From Oscillospiraceae bacterium (GTDB lineage Bacteria > Bacillota > Clostridia > Oscillospirales > CAG-272), in the NCBI GenBank assembly GCA_015063585.1, contig SVTW01000003.1, forward strand, positions 871 through 64,870: 64,000 bases of DNA, given 5' to 3'. A program made the position numbers and the translations under genes. Shown here in pieces: positions 11,501-19,106 of this stretch (its first letter is position 1; the number at the start of each line of letters is the position of its first letter). The notes under the pieces were generated by a model that saw only the letters and a program-made list of their open reading frames with translations, was not told where the DNA came from and ran no database searches.

Positions 11501-14500
11501 GCCACCTTCAGATCCAAATCGGCTCAAATGAGCTCGGCGGCATCGCATATTACGCAAAAACCGTGATCAATGCCGACGGTTCGATCCAATTTATTGATAA
11601 CCTGACCAACAGCGAATATCTCCAGATCGACGGATTCCACTTTATCAGTCTGTCCGGCGGAACCTATGAGCTGATCGCATACCTCGGAAACGAGGCAAGC
11701 GTGCGCCTGCCCGAATCGGTACGCGGCAAGCCCTACACGATCAGCAACATGCGCGGCGGCAAGGAGATCACGGTTCCCGGCTCGCTTGGCACGTTGCCCT
11801 TCGCGGCATTTGCCGACAACCAGACGCTGGAGAGCGTGATTTTGGAGGAAGGAATTACCGAAATTTGTGACAGTGCCTTTGGCGCATGTCACGCCCTCCG
11901 CTCGGTCAAGCTGCCGCAAAGCCTTGAGGCGATCGGCTCCAACGCCTTTTACATGTGCTCACGCATGACCGCTCTCAACCTTCCCGCAAAGCTGCGGACG
12001 ATCGGTCAGCAAGCGTTTGACACCTGCTCTTCCATTCGTGCGTTTGCGCTGCCTGAGGGGCTTGAAACGATCGGCAGCGGCGCCTTCCGCTACTGCACGG
12101 GTCTGGAATCGATCACACTCCCCGCAAGCCTGAATGAGATCGGCTCAAGTGCGTTTGAATCCTGCTCCTCGCTCAAAAACTTTGAAATTGCCGACGGAAA
12201 CCGCAGCTTTATCGAAAAGGACGGCATCATCTACAATCATACCGCAACCGAAATGATCTATGTGCTCCCCTCGGTCAGCGGTCACGTAACCCTCCCCGAT
12301 ACCCTGCTTTCAATTCCCGACCAAGCATTTTCCGAAATGTCAGCCGTCACGGGCATCACGATTCCCGAGGGACTGACTACAATCGGTTACAGCGCGTTCT
12401 ACAAAACCTCGATCACCTCGATCACGTTGCCCGCCTCGCTCATCAGACTTGACAGCGACGCGCTCTGCACCGAAACGCTGACCGAGATCCGCTACGGCGG
12501 CACGCTCCGCGATTGGATCGCGCTCGATCGCGGATATACCAACACGCAAACCGCGATCGACCTCTACCTGAACGGAGAGCGCCTGATCAACGCGGAGATC
12601 CCCGAGGGTATCACCGCCATTCCCGCCGATACCTTTACCAACCTCACCATTGAGCACGTCACCTTCCCCTCCACGCTGGTTTCAATCGGAGAACGCGCCT
12701 TCCAGCGTTGCAGCGCACTCTTCAACGTGCACATTCCCGCCTCCGTACAGAAGATCGAAGACCGCGCCTTTGCGGACTGCCAGTCCTTCCGTTCGATCAC
12801 GGTGGATCCCGCAAACAATCATTTCAGCGCACACGACGGAATCCTTTATAACAAAGCGATGACCGAGATTCTGTTGGCTCCGAGCGCGCTGGTTGGAAAC
12901 GTTGAAATTCCCGAGGGCGTTACCACGATCCCCGATTGGATCTTTGAAATGCCCCTGCTTGCCTCGATCAAGCTGCCCTCCACGCTGACCGCAATTGGAG
13001 AATATGCCTTCCACGAGGTGCAGATCGGTTGTGTTTACAACAACAGTAATCTTCAGCTGACCCCCGGAAGCACGGAAAACGGACGCGTTGCGCTCTATGC
13101 GAGAATGGTGGTGGACAAAAACGGAACGCTCACCCGCCATTCGTTCTATCCCGACTTTGAAATGAAGATCTCCGACGACGGATTCCTTTACTTCAAGGAA
13201 TGGAATTACGATGTTTTCAGAATGCGCGCCTACCTTGGAAATGAGGAGACCGTGATGCTCCCGCTTACCTTCAACGGGGAAGCATATCTCCCCTATGACG
13301 TACACGGTATCAAAAATCTCATTATCCCGAACGGAATGACCGAGATTCCGGAAAGCGCGTTCAACCATTCCTACTCGTTGCAAAGCGTCACGATTCCCGA
13401 AAGCGTGACCAAGATCGGCAACAACGCATTCAATTCCTGCATCAATCTGCGTCAGATCGCCATTCCCGACACGGTCACAAGCCTTGGCTGGGGCGCGCTT
13501 GACGGCACCTACTATTACAACAACCCCAACAATTGGAATTCGGACGGACTGCTTCTGCTCGGCAACCATCTGATTGCTGTAGACCCCGACGCAGAATACG
13601 TCAAGATCCCCTCCACCGTACGCTCGATCTCTGGCAGTGCCTTCCAAAACTGCTTCAAGGTGCGCCAGGTGACCATGCGCGGTGACTACGATTGCTACGG
13701 ACTGCTGCAACCGTTGACCAACCTGGAAACGCTGGTTCTGACCGAGGCGGTCACGCACCCGCTCTGCGAGATGTTTGAAAACAATCAACCTCTCACGCTC
13801 AGAAGCATTGTTCTGCTTGACAATCTGCGCCTGATGCTCGAGGAGCCCTCCTTCCTCTTTGCCGAATTGCACAACCTTAACATCTACGTGCAGGGCGAGG
13901 AAAAGGATCTGAAGTGGAATGAAAACTTCCCCAATTGGAACAACGGCAACACGGTCCTCTACGGCACACGCTGGACGCTCGCGGAGTTCTACGGGCAGGA
14001 CGGCAAACTGATCTTCAGCTCGCCCTTCTCCTCGGCGCAGATCATTCGTCAGCCTTGGGTGAACGCCTACACTGACGATCTCTACCGCTACACCTTCATC
14101 GGATTTGACTTAAACGGTGACGGTAGCGTGGATACCCTCCCCGCAACCTCAACGGTTTGGATTCATGCGACCGCGATCTACACACGCGAGTTCCGCTGTG
14201 CGGAGGAAGGTCACCGTTGGCAGGTGGATCAAGCGGTAAACGCGCAGCAGCACACGCTGATTTGCGCTTGCGGTGAAACCTCGATGGCAGATCACAAATG
14301 GAGCGCGGGAACGGTCGTCACGCCCGCAACGCATACCCGGGAAGGTGTGCGTGAGTTGACCTGTTTGGGTTGCCGACACAAAACGACCGAAGCGATCCCG
14401 CGCACCACCGAGCACACCTTTGACCAATGCGTTCCAAGCGATGCGTATTTCGCGGCGGACGCAACCTGCACGCACTCGAAGGGCTATTTCATGAGCTGTA

Positions 14501-14913
14501 TTTGCGGTGAAAAGGGATCTGAGATCTTCTTCTCCGGCACAGCGATGGGCGAGCATTCCAATCCGGGTGTCTATGACTACGACGACAACGAACACCGCTT
14601 CTCCTGCACCGAATGTGGGCAGATCATTGCCGATTCCCACAATTGGGGCGAGTGGACCACCGATCCCGCAAACGACAGTCTGAAACGCCGTTCCTGCACC
14701 GTCTGCGGTTACACGCAAGAAGCCGCAAACGGAAACGGCAATGGAAATGGAAACGGGAATGGCAACGGGAATGGCAACGGCGATAGCAATGGCAACACCT
14801 CCAATTCCGGATCGGGTGGCTGCTTCGGTTCGCTCAGCCTCTCCCCGCTCACCGTCGCGCTCCTTTGCCTCGCGCCCCTTCTCTCCTTCCGCAAAAAAAG
14901 GAAAGGCCAATAA
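5548..14913 (+). CDS. Giant surface protein: S8 subtilase + InlB-B-like repeat + many BspA-type (LRR_5) repeats + Cys/His-rich repeats + C-terminal membrane anchor
   Basis: Catalytic triad motifs VIDTG, GHGT and GTSLACP; oxyanion AAAGN; dozens of IxxxAFxxCxxLxxIxLP repeats; FDGWYYD..LYANW; N-terminal TM; GN linker, GGC, TM and RKKRK tail. Confidence 0.92.
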   Translation: MKQPNPHPIPRHGKKLAVILIPLCAILLCVAAILGALYFQDQKVQYRDELIRDLTEHRGEYDEQSIVLRDTSRGTATALAEKLGASLRITKDGKFATLTLPEGTTFLDICADEDHFNDLHHMSIDYHTYISDIATDEEDDGLPLPMRPQYTVSDEGYRSQTYLDYVNLKDTWNSTRGDGVLVAVIDTGIDTDHSEFAGRISEYSYNASEDKIVKDFTDENGAFDWSLIEDEQGHGTSVAGVLASPLDNGGIVGIAPNVTLLVIKAECDESGAFKRTSDLVFGLYYAIECDAKVVNMSFGGKGDEASNPYASATQLAVDSDVICLAAAGNDSSSETCYPACDPNVIGVGALEQDGWGLASYSNFGENVDIVAPGSTYTASNNGGYQSTRGTSLACPVAAGAVALYVSTNYYVEFSEICELLYASCYDLGDLGHDWYFGYGALDISALISEERGTVTFNMMTDELENTTQVFIRNHTLQNIPTPERLYAVFDGWYYDPQCTDEYDWYADAFSSDLTLYANWVNEEDGIPYTYVELEDGTIEIRSYTGRRRFITVPAFIEGKTVSSIGRGAFAGQTNLRQVTLPEGLVSIGDNAFGGCSNLVRMQIPDSVTVIGEGAFVNNVRLTAVTFGSKSTLKTIGSFAFQNCARIRDITLPASLRELDGRAFLGATSISAFALQSGNTAFSVRDGVLFRADEVTLVCYPAGRNGTYAIPASVRTVGPAAFAYAKITQIDLKNTSKIDQDAFAFCRITSLSIPNSVTSLGSTAFSNCSALRELTLGTGLRTIPEMAFFYCDSLQAVTIPAGVTAIDKSAFAGCFALHSLEFAPESQLIKIGDEAFSPANIQTVSLPASLTEIGQRAFRSCPLTAVHFAPNAALKQIGQEAFADTADLTEITLPEGLQAVGESAFIRSGLLRVTLPASLRTLGNGAFAECPSLTEIHVNAGNSVFTSVDGVLFDAAQTTLLIYPAGKTASEYTVPIGTETIGKQAFRGAVHLVAVTLPEGVHTISEYAFYGCSGMYSYGLPSTLKQIDRYAFSQNSSLYALTIPAAVEQIGPFAFAENWELSYFNFAENAMLKRIGYGALAYCGIYELRIPASVSTIAQGAFEGCTDLQSITFAQNSALEKLSAYLFDGCTNLYSLRFEAGSALTSIQAHALEGMRQLTTVDFGDAKLTEIDNFAFRFCENLNALLIPEGVTYIGRYAFYNCTSLRTLTVPASVERIGRFAFLGAEDLSIYFAADTLPSNLQADWDHGITGYYLGVTDVQTGGDFIYAALTSGNTALIQYLGKETRLDLNAVDLGGPIITIGGKAFYYSPIEEVILPDSLITIQSYAFYHSSLKSLTVPSTVSFIGREAFADTPIQTLTIPADAALTVIEQSAFANTAKLSALTLPKSLTTLGRAAFKNSAITSLTFADGIGLTEISEEAFAYTKITSLRLPDSVTLINHNAFRETEHLQSVTFGAGEDLMLMSNAFYRAGLTSLTIPKNISYIGEYAFVALPRLQAFAVDAENPYYAAQDGLLCSKDGRRLIAVPAGRTGSLAVPAGIEIIGFGAFENTALSEVTFSESANILSIGYRAFYSAQNLSSIRIPASVVAIDYYAFANCTSLQSVTFEADSALNGIYEGAFLGCLKLSAITLPDSIIEISDFAFYGCAALDSIPISEQSQILGIYSYAMAYTGLSGELTTPATLIDIGDYAFLGTKITSAKIPADNARQLLLGIGVFRDCNSLTSITLPFIGASFEDSRITWFSYIFGAGSYEASEAYLPASLKRVEIAEGLTTIGAYAFCEVKTLEEIVLPHSIVTLEPFAFHESFAAYELTNTVTLATETIDHFALYFGHGMTGSLRLGEGLESLMVPIEGIRHLYLPASLTHIEPQVLNMNQQLQSVEIAPENQQFSSLDGVLYNKAGTEILGVPGGLAGHVTLPATLNEIGADAFRECHNITELTLPEGITRIASGAFAGNMNLVKITIPSTLTAIDAEAFSGCNALQVICNNSHLQIQIGSNELGGIAYYAKTVINADGSIQFIDNLTNSEYLQIDGFHFISLSGGTYELIAYLGNEASVRLPESVRGKPYTISNMRGGKEITVPGSLGTLPFAAFADNQTLESVILEEGITEICDSAFGACHALRSVKLPQSLEAIGSNAFYMCSRMTALNLPAKLRTIGQQAFDTCSSIRAFALPEGLETIGSGAFRYCTGLESITLPASLNEIGSSAFESCSSLKNFEIADGNRSFIEKDGIIYNHTATEMIYVLPSVSGHVTLPDTLLSIPDQAFSEMSAVTGITIPEGLTTIGYSAFYKTSITSITLPASLIRLDSDALCTETLTEIRYGGTLRDWIALDRGYTNTQTAIDLYLNGERLINAEIPEGITAIPADTFTNLTIEHVTFPSTLVSIGERAFQRCSALFNVHIPASVQKIEDRAFADCQSFRSITVDPANNHFSAHDGILYNKAMTEILLAPSALVGNVEIPEGVTTIPDWIFEMPLLASIKLPSTLTAIGEYAFHEVQIGCVYNNSNLQLTPGSTENGRVALYARMVVDKNGTLTRHSFYPDFEMKISDDGFLYFKEWNYDVFRMRAYLGNEETVMLPLTFNGEAYLPYDVHGIKNLIIPNGMTEIPESAFNHSYSLQSVTIPESVTKIGNNAFNSCINLRQIAIPDTVTSLGWGALDGTYYYNNPNNWNSDGLLLLGNHLIAVDPDAEYVKIPSTVRSISGSAFQNCFKVRQVTMRGDYDCYGLLQPLTNLETLVLTEAVTHPLCEMFENNQPLTLRSIVLLDNLRLMLEEPSFLFAELHNLNIYVQGEEKDLKWNENFPNWNNGNTVLYGTRWTLAEFYGQDGKLIFSSPFSSAQIIRQPWVNAYTDDLYRYTFIGFDLNGDGSVDTLPATSTVWIHATAIYTREFRCAEEGHRWQVDQAVNAQQHTLICACGETSMADHKWSAGTVVTPATHTREGVRELTCLGCRHKTTEAIPRTTEHTFDQCVPSDAYFAADATCTHSKGYFMSCICGEKGSEIFFSGTAMGEHSNPGVYDYDDNEHRFSCTECGQIIADSHNWGEWTTDPANDSLKRRSCTVCGYTQEAANGNGNGNGNGNGNGNGNGDSNGNTSNSGSGGCFGSLSLSPLTVALLCLAPLLSFRKKRKGQ

Positions 14914-14926
14914 AAACAATCAAATC

Positions 14927-16178
14927 GGGGACGCGGGGACGCGGGGACGCGGTTTATGCGGGGTCTTTTTGAAAAAAGACCCCTGCACCCCAAAAACTTT
15001 CCCGAACCAATTTCTATTGTGTGCTGGAGTGTCACATAGCTAAAGGCACAGGTACTACCGATTGCCGTCAGGCGCCGCCAAGACCCTGCCGGCACTCGCG
15101 GAGGACGCAAACACCCCCATCGGGAAAAGTTTTGGTCAAGCTTTTTCAAAAGCTTGCGAGGTCAAGGGCGAGTAGCCCTTGGCGCGCTCCGCAGAGCGCG
15201 AAACTCCCCTGATCGGCGTTTCTTTTTGATAGATTTTTCTTTGCGCCTCCTTCTTGCAAAGAAAAATCGGCTGTGGAGTGCCGAGAGCAATACGGGAGAC
15301 TAGTTTTTTGTCAGAAAACTTCTTGAAAGAAGTTTTCCGACACCTTTCAAGAACTTTCCCGAACGATTTTTATAGTGTGGTGGGGTGTGCATCGGCTCAG
15401 GACTTAGGTATTCCCAATTGCCGTCAGGCACCGCCAAGACCCTGCCGGCACTACCGATACGAAACCAGTTCTTTATTCGAGTCATTCTGAGCCGCGTAAG
15501 CGTGCGAAGAATCTGGTAACTTTTCCGAAAAAGGCAAAGCCTTTAAAAGAATGTTTCAAGATCCTTCGCGGCTACCGCCTCGCTCAGGATGACCCAGAAA
15601 AGGGGTTGTATTCAGAGTTATAAACAACCCCTGCCGGCACTACCGATAAAGAAAAAATTACATTTTTCGAGTCATCCTGAGCGAAGGGGCGAAGCCCCGA
15701 GTCGAAGTTTTGCGTAGGTGAGGCATGCCGAACGGAGCAAAACCAACGAAAACAACCATGGGTTGTTTGAGGCAGGGATCTACTTAAAATCGCCATTGGC
15801 TTGCCGTATGAGAGTTGCTTTTTTGAAAAAGGCAAAGCCTTTAAAAGAATGTTTCAAGATTCTTCGCACGCTTACGCCCGACAACGCTTTGCGTGTCGCT
15901 AAAGTGCTTTGCACTTTTCTGCTCAAGAATGACCCGAAAGGGAATTTTCGCAAACATAAACCCATCGGTGCTCGCGAAAAAGCAAATTTGTCCACAGCCT
16001 CCCTCCGGGAGGGAGGTGGATTTTGCGTAGCAAAAGCCGGAAGGAGCCGGCGATGGCTGTGACTTACAATTCCCAAAAACGCGAACGACGTGAATCATAC
16101 ACAAACTTCACCGGCACTCGCGGAGGACGCGGGGGACGCGATTTTCGTCAGAAAACGTCTTGAAAGAAGTTTTCTGAC
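14927..16178 (+). repeat. Mosaic array R1 (B-C J D-A-C J E-L J M-E J F J A; 5 junctions)
   Basis: Junction cores (CGG) at 15090, 15446, 15635, 15966 and 16112; every module recurs in other intergenic regions. Confidence 0.92.
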
Positions 16179-16198
16179 AAAAAACCTGGCGAAAGGTA

Positions 16199-16227
16199 TT
16201 GAAATTACAAAAAGAATCTGTTATAAT
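16199..16227 (+). promoter_or_regulatory. Sigma-A promoter of hisS operon
   Basis: TTGAAA-17-TATAAT with extended TG, immediately after array R1. Confidence 0.6.
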
Positions 16228-16263
16228 AAAGAAGAATATAGATTTTTCCAAGAGGTATTGGCA

Positions 16264-17568
16264 ATGAGCGAGAAGCTATCAACACAGCCCTACAAAGGCA
16301 CAAGAGATTTTTACCCGCGCGAGATGCGCATGCGCAATTGGTTTTTTGGTGTGATCCGCCACGTTTTAGAGCGCTCGGCGTTTGAGGAATACAACGGCCC
16401 CATGCTTGAGTCGCTCGCTCTTTACGCCGCAAAAAGCGGGGAGGAGCTGGCAAATGAGCAAACCTATAACTTTACCGACAGAGGCGACCGCCGCATGGCG
16501 ATCCGCCCCGAAATGACCCCCACCGTGGCACGCATGGTGGCGGGCAAGATGGGCGAGCTCAATTTCCCGCTCAAGTGGTTCTCGATCCCGAACATGTACC
16601 GTTGCGAGCGTCCCCAACGCGGCCGCTTGCGCGAGTTCTGGCAGATCAATGTTGACATTTTCGGCTGCGATGGCTTTGAGGCGGACCTTGAGGTCATTTC
16701 CAGCGCGATCGCCCTTCTGCGCGCGTTCGGCGCGGACGAGAGCATGTTCACCGTGCGCATCAACAACCGCCGCTTCTTCAACGACGTGATCGCCGCCATT
16801 GCAGGAACCGATCCCGAGGGCAGCCGCAAGGTCTCCAAGGTCATTGACCGCAAGGGCAAGATCCCGCGCGAGGAATATGAAAAAGAACTCCGTGAGCTCG
16901 GTCTCTCGGACGGGCAGATCGCCAAGATCGACGCGCTCTACACCATGGACGTGTCCGATGCCATCGCCCTCTGCCCCGATTCGGTGGGCGCGGGAGAGCT
17001 CCGTCAGCTCTTTGACGCACTTGACCGCACGGGTCTGCGCAAGTATTGCGTCTTTGATTTCGGCATCATTCGCGGTCTGGATTACTACACGGGTACCGTG
17101 TTTGAGGTCTTTGACAACGCGCCCGAGAACAACCGCGCCATGTTCGGCGGCGGCAGATACGACAACCTCGTTGGCCTTTTCGTCAAGAACGCAAAGGTTT
17201 CGGGCGTTGGATACGGCATGGGAGACGTCACGCTGGAGCACTTCCTCGAAACGCACAAGCTCATGCCCGCCTCCTTTGACGAATCGGTCAAGGTGCTCGT
17301 CACACGCTTTGAAGACGTCCCCTACGACCGCTACCTCGCGCTGGTGGATACCCTCCGCGACGCCGACATCACCGCATCGGTCTACCTCGGCACGAAAAAG
17401 TTCGGCAAGCAGATCGACTTTGCCGTAAAGGACGGCTATTCGCACGTGCTGATCATGGGCGGCGACGAAGCGGCACGCGGCGTGGTACGCGTGAAGGATC
17501 TCAACACACGCGAGGAATGCGAGACCACTCCCGACGGCGTGATCGCGCTTTTGAAAGACAAACAATAA
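16264..17568 (+). CDS. hisS: Histidine--tRNA ligase
   Basis: KGTRDFYP, RPEMTP, RCERPQRGRLREFWQ, RGLDYYTG and GGGRYDNL; start set at the ATG after GAGGT. Confidence 0.96.
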   Translation: MSEKLSTQPYKGTRDFYPREMRMRNWFFGVIRHVLERSAFEEYNGPMLESLALYAAKSGEELANEQTYNFTDRGDRRMAIRPEMTPTVARMVAGKMGELNFPLKWFSIPNMYRCERPQRGRLREFWQINVDIFGCDGFEADLEVISSAIALLRAFGADESMFTVRINNRRFFNDVIAAIAGTDPEGSRKVSKVIDRKGKIPREEYEKELRELGLSDGQIAKIDALYTMDVSDAIALCPDSVGAGELRQLFDALDRTGLRKYCVFDFGIIRGLDYYTGTVFEVFDNAPENNRAMFGGGRYDNLVGLFVKNAKVSGVGYGMGDVTLEHFLETHKLMPASFDESVKVLVTRFEDVPYDRYLALVDTLRDADITASVYLGTKKFGKQIDFAVKDGYSHVLIMGGDEAARGVVRVKDLNTREECETTPDGVIALLKDKQ

Positions 17569-17620
17569 AACGAAAATATAATGATTTCGGACAGAAAATC
17601 AAGAAAGGTAGGTTCCCCCT

Positions 17621-18538
17621 ATGCAACGCTTTACAACAACCTCCTCCGACGGAAAAACCACTCTCGCCGCTTATAAGCTGGTTCCCGAGAACCCGCGCGG
17701 CATGCTCCAGATCTCGCACGGCATGTGCGAGTACATTCTGCGCTACCGTGAATTCGCGCAGTTCCTCGCCAACGAGGGCATTCTGGTGTTCGGTCACGAC
17801 CACCTCGGTCACGGCTACTCCGCGAAATCCACCCGCGACCTCGGCTACACCGCAAAGGACGGCGGCGTTGACTTCCTCGTTGAGGACGTGCACAACCTCA
17901 CTCTCAAAATGAAGCAGGAGTACCCCGATCTGCCCGTGATCCTGTTCGGTCACAGCATGGGCTCCTTCATCGCTCGCGCGGTGCTGGAGAAGTATTCCTC
18001 CACTTATCAGGCAGCCGTGATCTGCGGTACGGCGGGCCCCGGTATGCCCACCGCATTCGGCAAGGCGGTTACCAAGCATATGATGACCTTCCTTGGAGAG
18101 CATTTCCGCTCCAAGATGCTCCGCCGCGTTTGCTTCGGCGGCTATAACAAAAAGTGCGGCGAGGGCTGTGACCGCAACGCATGGCTCACGCGCGACGAGG
18201 AGATCGTAAAGGCTTACAACGCCGATATGCTCTGCGTTTACAACTTCACCCTGCGCGGCTACTACGACCTCTTTACCCTGCTTGATCAGGTCAACCGCGA
18301 GGATTGGGCCGCTACCCTTTCCAAGGACCTTCCCGTGCTGGTCGTCAGCGGCGAGGAGGACCCCGTGGGCAATTGGGGCGAGGGACCGAAAAAGGTTGCC
18401 GAGGCTCTGCTGGCAGCCGACATGCGTGACATTACCCTCAAGCTCTACCCCGAAATGCGCCATGAGATCGTAAACGAGATCGGACGCGATGAGGTTTGGA
18501 AAGATCTGCTCGAATGGCTGAATCAGAAGTTCGCTTGA
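17621..18538 (+). CDS. Alpha/beta hydrolase (lysophospholipase/Hydrolase_4-like)
   Basis: HGMCE, DHLGHG, nucleophile GHSMG, EDPV and RHE. Confidence 0.9.
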   Translation: MQRFTTTSSDGKTTLAAYKLVPENPRGMLQISHGMCEYILRYREFAQFLANEGILVFGHDHLGHGYSAKSTRDLGYTAKDGGVDFLVEDVHNLTLKMKQEYPDLPVILFGHSMGSFIARAVLEKYSSTYQAAVICGTAGPGMPTAFGKAVTKHMMTFLGEHFRSKMLRRVCFGGYNKKCGEGCDRNAWLTRDEEIVKAYNADMLCVYNFTLRGYYDLFTLLDQVNREDWAATLSKDLPVLVVSGEEDPVGNWGEGPKKVAEALLAADMRDITLKLYPEMRHEIVNEIGRDEVWKDLLEWLNQKFA

Positions 18539-18978
18539 TCGACCTGCGCGAAACGAAGGGCCGCATTCTCGGCGTTGATTTCGGTGATACCAGAACCGGT
18601 CTTGCCGTGTCGGACATCGGCCGCTTTCTCGCCTCGGGGATCGGATACGTTTCGCCCGGCGGGATCGAAAAAACCGCCGCCGCGGTTGCCGACGTCGCAC
18701 GTGAGCACGCGGTCGGTGCCGTTGTGGTGGGGCTCCCGCGCAACATGGACGGCTCGGAGGGCTTTCGCGCCGAGCGCTGCCGCGCGTTTGCCGCTCTGCT
18801 TTCCGAAAAGCTCGGCGGCAGCGTTCCCGTTGCCATGATCGACGAACGGCTTTCCACAGTCTCGGCATCGCGCTACCTCAACGAGACCAACACGCGCGGA
18901 AAACAGCGCAAGCAGGTGATCGACACGCTTTCGGCGCAGATCCTTTTGCAAAACGCGCTGGACCGCCTCAAAAATTAA
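18535..18978 (+). CDS. ruvX: YqgF/RuvX pre-16S rRNA nuclease / Holliday junction resolvase-like
   Basis: ILGVDFGDTRTGLAVSD, VVGLP, IDERLST and IDTLSAQILLQ; TTG start overlaps the upstream stop. Confidence 0.92.
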   Translation: MIDLRETKGRILGVDFGDTRTGLAVSDIGRFLASGIGYVSPGGIEKTAAAVADVAREHAVGAVVVGLPRNMDGSEGFRAERCRAFAALLSEKLGGSVPVAMIDERLSTVSASRYLNETNTRGKQRKQVIDTLSAQILLQNALDRLKN

Positions 18979-19106
18979 GACAACATACAGGATCGGACAT
19001 CGGGACTGTTGCATTCGCAGGGAGAAGCGATACGGCTTCCGCATCGAACCGCAACAGTCCCGCTTTGCCGACCGAACGGCTATCCCCCGAAAGGAATCCA
19101 CAAAAC

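Noticed and set aside
14728-14796. GGNAAY hexamer run as a phase-variable microsatellite
   Set aside because: In-frame Gly-Asn linker with mixed synonymous codons; length change would not shift the frame.
14927-16178. CRISPR array interpretation of the junction repeats
   Set aside because: Intervening sequences are 146-356 bp and recur in other arrays rather than being unique 30-40 bp spacers; no cas genes in the window.
16090-16263. T-box riboswitch or N-terminal extension of HisS
   Set aside because: The promoter lies only ~35 nt before the ATG, no T-box motif is seen, and the extension is repeat-derived.
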